Source of the DNA: an uncultured Pseudomonadales bacterium
Lineage (GTDB): Bacteria; Patescibacteriota; Microgenomatia; UBA1400; PJMF01
Direction: 5' to 3'
Assembly: GCA_964449995.1 (NCBI GenBank)
Contig: CAYVBW010000003.1
Coordinates: 1-46,189, forward strand
Length of the DNA: 46,189 nt
The position numbers and the translations under genes were made by a program. This document shows positions 37,601-45,717 of the stretch, piece after piece. Under the pieces are notes generated by a model. It was not told where the DNA came from and did not search any database. It saw only the letters and a program-made list of their open reading frames with translations. Position 1 is the stretch's first letter. Each line of letters starts with the position of its first letter.

Positions 37601-40600
37601 TAGTGCTCCTACTTGGACAGATCCATCTACTTTGGGTACTAACTATTGGCAGAGAAATAGTAATACACTCTCTCCTGCTACTATTACTGATGCTATTAGT
37701 GTTGGCAGTACCACTCCCTCTAGTGCTCTCTTTTATGTACCAGGTACTACTAATAATGATGCTTACTTTAATCTAGGTACTGGTAATGTAGGGATAGGTA
37801 CCACTACTCCTGGCTCTGCTCTCTCTGTTGTGGGTGCTATCAGAAGCAGTAGCCTGTCAGCAGGAGGAATAGTTAAAGCAGCTGCTACTACTGGAGAGTT
37901 AGAAATAGCAACAGCCGGTACTGATTATGAAGTACCACTTACATTTGAAAGTGGTTTAACTAGAAGTGCCAATACAGTCAGACTAGGTGGAGCTCTCACC
38001 CAAGCTACTGATATCCCTCTTTCAGGTCATGATCTTACCTTTTCAGGAGCTAGCGGTAACATCGGGATTGGTACTACCACTCCTGCCAACAGACTTTCTA
38101 TTACTGGAGATGCTGATATTACTGGCAACCTTGGCATCGGCACCACCACTCCAGGATATAAACTAGACATTGCAGGTACTGGTACTCTCTTTAGAATAGC
38201 CTCAGGTGGTACTGACCTTTTTACTGTTACTGATTCACTTATTACTTCCAACCTACCTCATACTTTTACCTCCAGCGGGGATGTGAGTATGGCCTACAAC
38301 CTCTACTTTACTAATCAGTTGTCTAGCAAGATTGAAAGCTATGGTCCTTTTAGTATTATTGCTGGAGAGCCACATGAATCTAATAACCTTACTCTAAAAA
38401 CTTTTAATGCTGGTAGATTGCTAGTAGAGAGTTCCAATTTCTGGGTGGATTATAACAATGTTGGGATAGGTACTACCACTCCATCAGAGAAACTACATGT
38501 AGAGGCGGGAGGTATAAGACTAGGTAGTACTTCAGATGCTAATAATGTTTTGGATACTGCAGCTGCTTCTGGAGCTCCATCAGGAAACTTATATTGGGGT
38601 AATAGACAACTAGTAGATAGTGCTAATATTGGTAACTTTGGAGTAGCTAGTGTTACCAACAGTGATGGTACTTTAACTATCTCTCCTACTACTGGAGATG
38701 TCATAGCTTCTCTTAATTTAGCTAATGCTAATACTTGGACAGGAGCACAAACTTTTAATGATTTGACAATTGCAGATACTAATGTGTCTTTAACTGGAGC
38801 TTCTACCAACTTTGCTTCTACTGGCAATATCTCTTTTAATACTAATCAGTTGTTTATTAATCAAAGTAGTGGAAATGTGGGGATTGGGACGACGAGTCCA
38901 GAACGAAAATTAGAAATTACTGGAGGATCATCTGACGGCATTAAAATCAGTGGCTCATCAGTAATGGAAACTTACTTTACTGCCGAAAGATGGACATTAA
39001 GAAATATATACACTGGAGCAGGATGGGCAAGACCACTGATGCAATTTGAAGATGCAGCTGCTTCTTCATATTTCCAAATTGGAGGATACGGTAGCGGTCA
39101 ATCATTTTACTATGGTTATATAGGGAATGCTTATAATGATGCAGTACTTAAATGGAAAACCGATGGAAGTTTTGGGGTCAACCTTAGTAGTACTACTCAT
39201 CCCAGCCATCCATTTCAGGTAGGAGCAAATAGCTTAGTTGTTAACTCTTCAAATAACGTCGGCATCGGCCTCACCAACCCCAGCAGAGAACTTCAAGTCA
39301 ATGGTGGTATCAGAGCCAGTGACTACTATTCTTCTGATAACACTGCTGGTGCTACTTCTACTGTTTCAGGACTGGTATTTAAAAATGGACTTTATACTTC
39401 AGGAAGCATTAGTGGAGTTGATGATTATGACCACTGGAAGATTGCTGCTGATGGCACTGCTGGCACTGAAGAAGTTGGTTCTGGCGACACAGTCACTATT
39501 ACTGGTCATACTGCCATCACTGCCACTAGAGCAACCAGGAATATTAGCATATCAGTTACTGATGGTTCTATTACTAATACACAACTTGAGTACAATACTG
39601 GCCAACACTTAACCACTACCAGCTCACCCACCTTTTCTAAACTCACTTTATCCAGTACTGACAATAATACTATTGATCTATCTGGCAATACTGCCGGGAT
39701 TACTTTCTCTAATGCTTTAGGTGGTACAAACCAAATTATCACAGCTGGCAATTCTCATCTTGCTTTAATGCCACATGGAACAGGGAATGTGGGAGTGGGG
39801 ACAACGAGTCCAGGCACAGACCTTGATGTAGTTGGTACTGGTCGCTTCTCATCTACTTTAACTGCGTCTAACGGACTTACTTTAACCACAGGTGCTCTAA
39901 ATCTCACTTCAACCTCAGGAGCATTATCGCTGTCAGGACTATCTGCTTCCTCCATCTCAACCGGAGCCAACAACTTAACTATTACTGCCGGCAACTTTAA
40001 CACTACCTCAACTGGTATTAACTCAACTGCTATTGGTGCCACTACTCGCTCAACCGGTGCTTTTACTACCCTTGCAGCCAACTCCACAGTGACTTTTTCT
40101 GATATTAGTGGTGCAACAGAAACAGATGCCCTTATGATTAACAGTTCTGGGGTGTTGAGTAAGCGAACCTTAAGCGCTGTCGCTTTTGATGGCTTTACTG
40201 AAGTTGATCCCACTTGGGAAGGAGATGCTAACCTCACCAGCGATATTGGCAGAACCGGCAACGTCGGAATTGGCACTACCACTCCCAACGCGAAACTAGA
40301 GATTAGTGGTGACATCCGTTTGAGAGGTGATCTATGGTTTAGAGATGCTCATCGATATTTAGGTACTCAAACTAATCATAATCTTTACTTTAGAACTAAC
40401 AACGCCAATAGAATGACTATCTTAAGTGGGGGGGATGTGGGGATAGGAATAACAACTCCATCAGAAAAACTACAAGTATCAGGTAATATCTGGACCCACG
40501 ATAGTTGGATTGGAGGACAGACACTTTATGTAGGATCGGGAATGGCAGCTTCCGGACAAAATGGCCCCCAAGATAAATTCTATGGCAATGCAGAACTTAA

Positions 40601-43600
40601 TTTTAGCACAAGCACAGGTAAAAAAATCAACTTTCTTGATGGCTGGAACAAAGATATTTATGTCACCACTTCACTACTTAGAATTAGAAATCATGAATCC
40701 GGGGCAAGTAATCAATATATAGAGATACTCTCAGACACTGGGTCAAATGCTCGTATTGATTTAGGTAGTTTCAATGACGATGGTGATGTAATCACGCCAC
40801 AATTATCTGTAAGAACTGGCACAGGCAATGTGGGTATTAGCACCACTAATCCTATTTCTATCCTTGATATAACCCAAAGCGGAAACACATCTCAAGTTCA
40901 TATAGGAGCAGCTAATACAGGCATGTTCCTTTCAAGTGGACTGGATTCTCAATTTACTATAACTGGTGGGGCAAAAAGACTTTCTAATGGCGACTGGGAG
41001 GCAAGAGCTACTACCGCTTCACATATTGGCTCCTTCGATGGAAATATTTCATTCGTTAAAGCAACTGGATTAACTGTAGGCAATACTTTTTCTTGGGATG
41101 AAACTATGAGGATCCACCATAGTGGTAATGTTGGTATTGGCACTACTAATCCTCGCTCAATATTAAACATTAAAGGGGGAGGGCTTGGTATTGGTTCTGG
41201 CGATGCTATTAGCACTACTGATGGAGCAAGAAGAAGCATTCAAATCGCCTCAGATACCTCATACGGAGGAACGTATGACGACCATTCAGGATATTTAATG
41301 TATTCAACAATGCCTGGTGGGTGGGGAACAGCGCAGCTTCACTTTGCTAGATCCACCAACTGGGGAACCTACGACTCATCTCCAACTCTTAGTTTATCTG
41401 GGCAAAACGTCGGGATTGGAACTACTGATCCATTTACTAATCTTCATGTAGACGGGGGTACTTATATTGATGGTGATCTAGGCTTGGGTAAAAACCAACA
41501 TCATGCCTTGGGCAAAAACCCAAGTATGGTGCCCAACTGGAGTTTTGAAGTTCAAAATACTCCAGGTAGCTATCCAGATGGATGGGAATCGTGGGGAGGT
41601 ACTGGCTCATATTCAGCTTACAGATCTGCTACTTGGAGAAGGCATGGAGACTATAGCTTTGCATTACAGGCAAATAACTCTAGTAGCCATGTAAATGCTA
41701 GATCTGCATGTATTCCTGTCACGGGTAGCACCACATACCAACATGCCTTAAGCATCAGGTCTTCAGCTAGCACCAATAAGGGTCTAGTCTGGAGGATGAC
41801 GGAATTTAAAGATGCCAGGTGTACTTCTGGATCTTACATTAGAGATAGAGAGTTAATAGCTTTTGATGCTGGCGTTAGTACCAGCTGGACACAGCACACC
41901 AACACAAGTTCCTCAACTCACTCAAATACCAGAGGAGTAAAAATTCACATTCATAATTACTTCCCCAATGTAGCAGCTACCTTTTATATTGATAGGATTG
42001 TGATGAGAGAATCAGCCTATAATAATACCGACCTAGCAGAAATGGTTCCAGCAGCAAATGAAAATATTACTCAAGCAGATATTGTAACTATTGATAAAGA
42101 AACAGGAAAAGTTAAACTAGCTACAAAACCCCATGACCCTAGCCTTTTTGGCATAGTGTCTACTGAACCCGCAATCGTTCTTCATAGCGAAAATGAAGAT
42201 ATGCCTAAAGCTACCGTTGCTCTAGCAGGACGTGTGCCAGTTAAGGTTTCAACTAGTAACGGTCAAATTAGTTCAGGTGATCCCATTACCTCTTCTAATC
42301 TTCCAGGAATTGGAACTAAGGCTACTCAAGCGGGAACCATTATTGGGAATGCCATGGAAAGCACCCAGGAATGGAATGAGGATGTTTGTCCGCCCGTTTC
42401 ATCTCTTGGAGATATAGAATGGCCAAGGGATGATGGCCTTAATCCAGAAAAACCATGTTTTAGGCTACCAGATGGAACCTATGTTGGAAAAGTAGTAGTT
42501 TTCGTCAATACCTCCTGGAGTGACTCTCAAGTATATTTAACAGATACTGGTGGTATTAGAATTATTGGTGAAGTAAAAGATGGAATTGAAAGATATCAAT
42601 TACAAGATGAGGATGGCAAAATTATTCACAGAGTTGGGGCTTTTAGCGAAGCTGCGATTGCCAGATTAAGAGCTGGTTTAGTTGAAACCAGTAAAGTGGT
42701 TGCTGAAAACGCTGATGTAGCCAAAGCTAACATTAACAACCTCACAGCCCAAACTTTTCAATCCACTTCAGGCACCATCAATAAGCTCACTACCAACACC
42801 CTAAAATCAGCCAAAGCCACCATTGAAGAGCTCACTACCCAGCGAGTAAAAATTGGCAACTTCTTCCTAACAGAAAAAGATGGCAAACTCCAAATTCAAG
42901 ATAAAGATCAACAAACTGTAGCCACCATTGATCAAGACGGCAACACTCAACTCACTGGTAATTTAACTGCTCAAGGAACAATAAGTAGTCCTGAATCCTC
43001 CACTACTTCAAGCACCACCAGTACCAAACTGGCAGAGCTCATTGCTGATGAAATTCAGGCTGGAAAGATCACAGTTGATAACTTAACCACCGAAGGGTTA
43101 ACTGCCACCGGCAGTTCTAAACTAGCCCAGCTAATGGCAGAAAATGTTGAGCTTGAAACTTTGTTGGCTCAAGAAGTTCAAACCTCCAGCCTGCAAGCCG
43201 AAGCAATTCAAACCACAGACTTAACTGCTACCGGCAGCAGTAGGCTGGCTCAACTAATGTCCGATGATGTTGAAACTGAAGATTTAACTGCACAAAATGC
43301 ACAAATTGCACAAGCTGATATTTCTAATGCGGATATCAACACTGCTCGTATTAATGAACTAGAAATAAGCCAAGAGCTAAGAGCCCAAGCTTCTCGCTTT
43401 GAACAACTTGAATCCAAGCTGGCTGACTTTGAAAGAATCCAAGCTGACACAGCCCACATCATCAGCGGTCACATCGACCAAGCCACCTTTAATCAAGCAG
43501 ACTTTGGCAGCGCTACCTTTGACACTGCTACTATCAGCGGTACTTTATATGCAGATGTTATTGCCGGCTTTGAGGAAAAAGTGGCCCAAGCTTTCCGCCA

Positions 43601-44594
43601 ACCTAGTTTATTGGGTAATTTATTGGGCAACTCTGCCTCAGTAAACGGCAACGAAGTGGTGGCCATTGTTGATAGCGCCGGCTATGAAGCTACTGGCAGC
43701 AGCGACTTGCGCAAAACTGTAGCAGAATTAAACTTATCTGACGACGATGTGGTTATTGCTCCAGCTGCAGCTTATATTAATCAATATTTAGAAGTTAACG
43801 GCACGGCTTACGTTAACGACAGCCTAGCAGTCAACAATTACATTGTGACTGGCGATGGGTTAAAAATGGCTGCTAACGTAGGCATGGCCTCTATTGATTA
43901 TGTTAGTAAAACCGATCCTAGCTCCTCTACTTTATACATCCAGCCTTCAGGTATGGGTAGAATCAACTTAATGGCAGGAGTGATGTCAATCGATGCCACT
44001 GGTCAAGTTACTATAGTCGGAGATATGAGAATTATCGGAGATGCCAGTGTTGATGGCAATTTATCTGCCAACACCCTACTCACCAACTTGATTGAAGCTA
44101 ACGATTACGACCAGCCCACTCAAATCAAGCTAGGTGCTTACACTGACGAATACGGTAATGTGATTTACGGAGAGGTAGCCGGCGATGCGACTGAGTCTGC
44201 CCAGATCAAACACTCTCGACTGGAAATTATTGATGAAAGTGGCTCCCCTGTTGCTACTATCAGCGCTACTGGTCGAGCCGAGTTTGCAGACGGATTAGGC
44301 ATCGGGCAGGAAGACTTATCTGAAAGCGACACCACAGAAACGATCACTGACAAAACTTCAGGTCGCGCTCAGCTAAAATCAGGAGAAACCCATATCGTAA
44401 TCCGCTCTAGCAAAATCACCCGCAACAGCCAGATCTTTGTCACGCCTTTGGGATCAACAAATAATCAGGTACTTTATATAAAATCTCAAGTGGCGAATGA
44501 TCCAACAACTCAGGATGTGGAAGGATTGTTTGTGGTAGGTTTTGACAGACCAGCAATTTCAGATGTCATGTTTAACTGGTGGATTGTCAATTAG
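34632..44594 (+). CDS. Giant 3320-aa protein: integrase SAM-like core-binding domain, TM, tail-fibre-like GNVGIGTT-repeat shaft, CBM-like domain, peptidase G2-like domain and beta/coiled stalk
   Basis: Uninterrupted ORF (GTG 34632; alternative ATG 34926). SQSTIKNYRSDISQF...KSSTIKRKFSSVIQF..W; TM at aa ~335-356; FQGRL domain; 17 GxxGIGTTxP-type motifs; DLAE...GIVSTEP...VALAGRVPVKV; ends FNWWIVN. Confidence 0.88.
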   Translation: MTAQQRYISSVLTAFSTFLENLDPKKLTNDSDRSKKDLKIESQKLLIKFLNWKKQFTSWSPEEIEQFVADNKLETKNEPAAVTILTQFVNDYPPLQTNMFLQEFLLALQKENCSQSTIKNYRSDISQFIQSSAAKTIDSLLTKTKLDAFSLEQKQKGLKSSTIKRKFSSVIQFGLWLKNEGLLSDPPQWLEVGYVYELEEKKGEKNQKEEQEKIVAVARVKKKIQPEEATQLAKKAPSKQKAIPAKAITVQPGKRNLLNLKDKKTKSGQEVISTTNTNSTKPSALRNQEKRAQVKSGLSQLSTKISDDIKEKFNQTFNQAKQTASQAKQATALNILPYINLAIIILFFLGLGSLGYKQLITNAPFQYAFPSTPTPPGRTLSFQGRLTDPGQNPITQDSDMVFILYDALTAGTTLWTSNTCTIEPDQDGIFTVGLGDTTECGPAIPDGVFTENPNVWLEVAVEGETLAPRQPIRTVAYAINAETLQGYPLAADTGATNNTVLAMNSSGEVLLGETNPKIEATGTSLTLEAKSLLLNATGGTADIQLTATNEISLISSTGLVNLNNLLYVEDSTGGIGIGTTEPGTAKLAVMGGNMGIGTTTPSEKLHVEGGGIRLGSTSDANNVLDTAAASGAPSGNLYWGNRQLVDSANIGNFGVASVTNSDGTLTISPTTGDVIASLNLANANTWTGAQTFNDLTIADTNVSLTGASTNFASTGNISFNTNQLFINQSSGNVGVGTTGPNFKLDITVSGDGDGVNIKNPTSDGTIESAGFQLKNNQGGDGSFFKLYSENTGVSALNSLLYIKNSVGSISFLANTGSSIGFGIGNTAANADDLVIASTGNVGIGTTEPKVKLEIAGDTGFTWFDSDSRAKANATTGGSFAVFTPSVFGVDGTHNSGLAIDGSYSSLTSTINIKAFGVYTGSYRSNLAFHTTNGTSINEAMRINHLGNVGISTTTPGEILDVVGNVQFSGALMPSGNAGVSSYVLTSAGTGSAPTWTDPSTLGTNYWQRNSNTLSPATITDAISVGSTTPSSALFYVPGTTNNDAYFNLGTGNVGIGTTTPGSALSVVGAIRSSSLSAGGIVKAAATTGELEIATAGTDYEVPLTFESGLTRSANTVRLGGALTQATDIPLSGHDLTFSGASGNIGIGTTTPANRLSITGDADITGNLGIGTTTPGYKLDIAGTGTLFRIASGGTDLFTVTDSLITSNLPHTFTSSGDVSMAYNLYFTNQLSSKIESYGPFSIIAGEPHESNNLTLKTFNAGRLLVESSNFWVDYNNVGIGTTTPSEKLHVEAGGIRLGSTSDANNVLDTAAASGAPSGNLYWGNRQLVDSANIGNFGVASVTNSDGTLTISPTTGDVIASLNLANANTWTGAQTFNDLTIADTNVSLTGASTNFASTGNISFNTNQLFINQSSGNVGIGTTSPERKLEITGGSSDGIKISGSSVMETYFTAERWTLRNIYTGAGWARPLMQFEDAAASSYFQIGGYGSGQSFYYGYIGNAYNDAVLKWKTDGSFGVNLSSTTHPSHPFQVGANSLVVNSSNNVGIGLTNPSRELQVNGGIRASDYYSSDNTAGATSTVSGLVFKNGLYTSGSISGVDDYDHWKIAADGTAGTEEVGSGDTVTITGHTAITATRATRNISISVTDGSITNTQLEYNTGQHLTTTSSPTFSKLTLSSTDNNTIDLSGNTAGITFSNALGGTNQIITAGNSHLALMPHGTGNVGVGTTSPGTDLDVVGTGRFSSTLTASNGLTLTTGALNLTSTSGALSLSGLSASSISTGANNLTITAGNFNTTSTGINSTAIGATTRSTGAFTTLAANSTVTFSDISGATETDALMINSSGVLSKRTLSAVAFDGFTEVDPTWEGDANLTSDIGRTGNVGIGTTTPNAKLEISGDIRLRGDLWFRDAHRYLGTQTNHNLYFRTNNANRMTILSGGDVGIGITTPSEKLQVSGNIWTHDSWIGGQTLYVGSGMAASGQNGPQDKFYGNAELNFSTSTGKKINFLDGWNKDIYVTTSLLRIRNHESGASNQYIEILSDTGSNARIDLGSFNDDGDVITPQLSVRTGTGNVGISTTNPISILDITQSGNTSQVHIGAANTGMFLSSGLDSQFTITGGAKRLSNGDWEARATTASHIGSFDGNISFVKATGLTVGNTFSWDETMRIHHSGNVGIGTTNPRSILNIKGGGLGIGSGDAISTTDGARRSIQIASDTSYGGTYDDHSGYLMYSTMPGGWGTAQLHFARSTNWGTYDSSPTLSLSGQNVGIGTTDPFTNLHVDGGTYIDGDLGLGKNQHHALGKNPSMVPNWSFEVQNTPGSYPDGWESWGGTGSYSAYRSATWRRHGDYSFALQANNSSSHVNARSACIPVTGSTTYQHALSIRSSASTNKGLVWRMTEFKDARCTSGSYIRDRELIAFDAGVSTSWTQHTNTSSSTHSNTRGVKIHIHNYFPNVAATFYIDRIVMRESAYNNTDLAEMVPAANENITQADIVTIDKETGKVKLATKPHDPSLFGIVSTEPAIVLHSENEDMPKATVALAGRVPVKVSTSNGQISSGDPITSSNLPGIGTKATQAGTIIGNAMESTQEWNEDVCPPVSSLGDIEWPRDDGLNPEKPCFRLPDGTYVGKVVVFVNTSWSDSQVYLTDTGGIRIIGEVKDGIERYQLQDEDGKIIHRVGAFSEAAIARLRAGLVETSKVVAENADVAKANINNLTAQTFQSTSGTINKLTTNTLKSAKATIEELTTQRVKIGNFFLTEKDGKLQIQDKDQQTVATIDQDGNTQLTGNLTAQGTISSPESSTTSSTTSTKLAELIADEIQAGKITVDNLTTEGLTATGSSKLAQLMAENVELETLLAQEVQTSSLQAEAIQTTDLTATGSSRLAQLMSDDVETEDLTAQNAQIAQADISNADINTARINELEISQELRAQASRFEQLESKLADFERIQADTAHIISGHIDQATFNQADFGSATFDTATISGTLYADVIAGFEEKVAQAFRQPSLLGNLLGNSASVNGNEVVAIVDSAGYEATGSSDLRKTVAELNLSDDDVVIAPAAAYINQYLEVNGTAYVNDSLAVNNYIVTGDGLKMAANVGMASIDYVSKTDPSSSTLYIQPSGMGRINLMAGVMSIDATGQVTIVGDMRIIGDASVDGNLSANTLLTNLIEANDYDQPTQIKLGAYTDEYGNVIYGEVAGDATESAQIKHSRLEIIDESGSPVATISATGRAEFADGLGIGQEDLSESDTTETITDKTSGRAQLKSGETHIVIRSSKITRNSQIFVTPLGSTNNQVLYIKSQVANDPTTQDVEGLFVVGFDRPAISDVMFNWWIVN
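36414..36833 (+). repeat. 420-bp intragenic direct repeat, copy 1
   Basis: Matches 38463-38882 with about 4 visible mismatches; offset 2049 nt (in frame). Confidence 0.95.
38463..38882 (+). repeat. 420-bp intragenic direct repeat, copy 2
   Basis: See copy 1. Both ends fall in GIGTT-type motifs. Confidence 0.95.
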
Positions 44595-44621
44595 TGGTAT
44601 TTGGTATCTGGTATTTGGCAT
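44594..44621 (+). repeat. Heptamer-array element, copy 12 (array only)
   Basis: GTGGTATTTGGTATCTGGTATTTGGCAT overlapping the giant gene TAG. Confidence 0.85.
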
Positions 44622-44662
44622 GTTTTTATGGGCTTGTTAGTAATTTCAAGCTCTATGGTAGA

Positions 44663-44713
44663 TTTCACCACCGGGCTATACCAAATAACAGATACCAAAT
44701 ACCACAGTACCAC
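44663..44713 (-). repeat. Heptamer-array element, copy 13 (minus strand)
   Basis: Reverse complement GTGGTACTGTGGTATTTGGTATCTGTTATTTGGTATAGCCCGGTGGTGAAA, 3 nt after the Phd gene stop. Confidence 0.9.
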
Positions 44714-44716
44714 CCC

Positions 44717-45232
44717 TTATCGGTCCATCAGCAGCTTAATCCTCTTGCGGATCACCTCAACTCTTTCATCCTGCTGACTAACCTCGTCTTCTGATTTCTC
44801 TGCAGATTGCTTTTTTGACAAATCTGACAATTTTTGCAAAGCCTGTAAAACTGATTCTGGCTGATACTGTTCAAGATTATCAACCGCTGGTTGCTTCTTG
44901 GCTGGAGTTGATGCTTCTTTAGTCGGTTGGGTTGAAGCTTCAGCTGGAGCTGTTTCTGCTTTATCAGACTTAACTGGAGCTGAAGTTTCAACTTGTTCTG
45001 GACTAGCTTCAGCTATTGTTTTTTTAACTTCCTGCTCAGCCTGAACAAATTCCTGTTCTTGTCTAGAATCTTGTACTGTTTGCTTGCCCTCAACAGTGAC
45101 AGGCACCAGTTTAGCCACTACTTCTCCGTAGCGTTCAATTAAAAACTCTTGGTGTTGATACTCTACCTTACTAATTAAGTCTGAAAAATTGTTGCGTGCC
45201 TCAGAGGCGGGAATGGTTTGAGCTTGTGCCAT
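44717..45232 (-). CDS. Phd/YefM-domain protein with a long low-complexity C-terminal extension
   Basis: TIPASEARNNFSDLISKV...FLIERYGEVVAKLVP, then about 125 aa rich in A/E/Q/P/K/S. Confidence 0.85.
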   Translation of the reverse strand: MAQAQTIPASEARNNFSDLISKVEYQHQEFLIERYGEVVAKLVPVTVEGKQTVQDSRQEQEFVQAEQEVKKTIAEASPEQVETSAPVKSDKAETAPAEASTQPTKEASTPAKKQPAVDNLEQYQPESVLQALQKLSDLSKKQSAEKSEDEVSQQDERVEVIRKRIKLLMDR

Positions 45233-45303
45233 AGTTTGAAATAATAGTTGTTATTAATCTCAAACTACGACAACTCGTACAAAATGTCAAATAGAAAAAT
45301 CAG

Positions 45304-45690
45304 CTAACTATGTTTCATTCTCTCGTCAAAAGTTAAAATCTTTTGTTGATACACTTGATTCCAACTTAATAAATAACTATCAACAAAGTGAAAACCTTGC
45401 TGATAGAATGGCCACAAGTTTTGTAAAACCAATCTTTGATTTACCCGTAACCAACGTTGCCCCAGCAATACCTGAAATTTTTGAGCTATCTCGTCTCTAT
45501 CAACTTTATAAAATGACTCTAAAACAAAACAACACTCTGCTATGACCAAAGGCACAATAAATAAATTAATCCTGCCCTTTTGAGCCAAGCGAAACCATTT
45601 TTTTGCCTGGTTAAATTGTTGAGGTTGGTCTTTGACTAAAAACCTCAATATTATATTTGTATCTACAATTGTTTGAGAAGGCTGATTCAT
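45304..45690 (-). CDS. PIN-domain (VapC-like) toxin
   Basis: IVDTNIILRFL, VIAE..FVL, HFVDSYL, ILTFD motifs. Confidence 0.93.
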   Translation of the reverse strand: MNQPSQTIVDTNIILRFLVKDQPQQFNQAKKWFRLAQKGRINLFIVPLVIAECCFVLESFYKVDRDEIAQKFQVLLGQRWLRVNQRLVLQNLWPFYQQGFHFVDSYLLSWNQVYQQKILTFDERMKHS

Positions 45691-45717
45691 TCTCTTAATA
45701 ATTAACTAATGAAGGTT

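Noticed and set aside
36414-38882. Diversity-generating retroelement TR/VR pair
   Set aside because: Both copies are in frame within one gene, the few mismatches are not adenine-specific, and there is no reverse transcriptase in the window.
35777-44353. Antisense and alternate-frame ORFs inside the giant gene
   Set aside because: Shadow ORFs caused by codon bias; the two similar ones just mirror the 420-bp duplication.
34632-44594. Prophage or active integrase
   Set aside because: Only a core-binding-like domain is present, with no catalytic domain, att sites or capsid/terminase/portal genes.
815-44713. Heptamer elements as a CRISPR array
   Set aside because: Copies are dispersed, with no repeat-spacer periodicity and no cas genes.
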